Source: Nemertoderma westbladi (Eukaryota > Animalia > Xenacoelomorpha). Taken from it: a stretch of 51,289 bases of DNA. Positions 51,121 through 51,289 of the stretch are shown here, in pieces. Every line of letters begins with the position of its first letter. The stretch's first letter is position 1. The translations under genes and the position numbers were made by a program. Location of the stretch: assembly GCA_032718475.1 (NCBI GenBank), contig JAUCBJ010000559.1:1-51289 (forward strand). Direction: 5' to 3'. Below the pieces are notes generated by a model, which was not told where the DNA came from, made no database searches, and worked only from the letters and a program-made list of their open reading frames with translations.

Positions 51121-51289
51121 CATTGGAAAAATTTTCAAGTAAGAGCGTATAAGTTGGTGAAATTTTATCGCATTCGGTTTGTTGATTTGGTTAAAAGTTT
51201 TGAAAAGTTCTCTTAAATTTCATTATGAAAAATAGAAACAAACGTAACCTTTAGCACTCTACGCAACCGGCACATTTACAGTACTTTTC

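Overview
Eukaryotic (animal-like), transposon-dense DNA with no confidently identifiable host gene. A head-to-head library adapter pair at 29214-29266 means the two halves are probably not genuinely adjacent. The left half is a nest of retroelements: (1) a young 6.76-kb LTR element with near-identical LTRs, a 5-bp TSD, only a gag-like gene and a candidate self-priming PBS, inserted into (2) a duplicated LTR-like unit that carries a tRNA-like box A/B head and a 5'-inverted LINE insertion; (3) a decayed BEL/Pao element; (4) RTE and CR1/L2-type LINE fragments; and (5) a second, diverged copy of the gag-only family. The right half is dominated by an intact 2664-codon minus-strand ORF encoding OTU protease, Cys/His-rich regions, an HUH/Y2 rolling-circle Rep, a Pif1 helicase and a C-terminal GIY-YIG-like domain. 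Three upstream phase-1 exons would extend it to about 3263 aa. This looks like a divergent Helitron-like rolling-circle element with an unusual architecture and is the best candidate for an undescribed system. All calls are from reading motifs by eye; no database searches were run.
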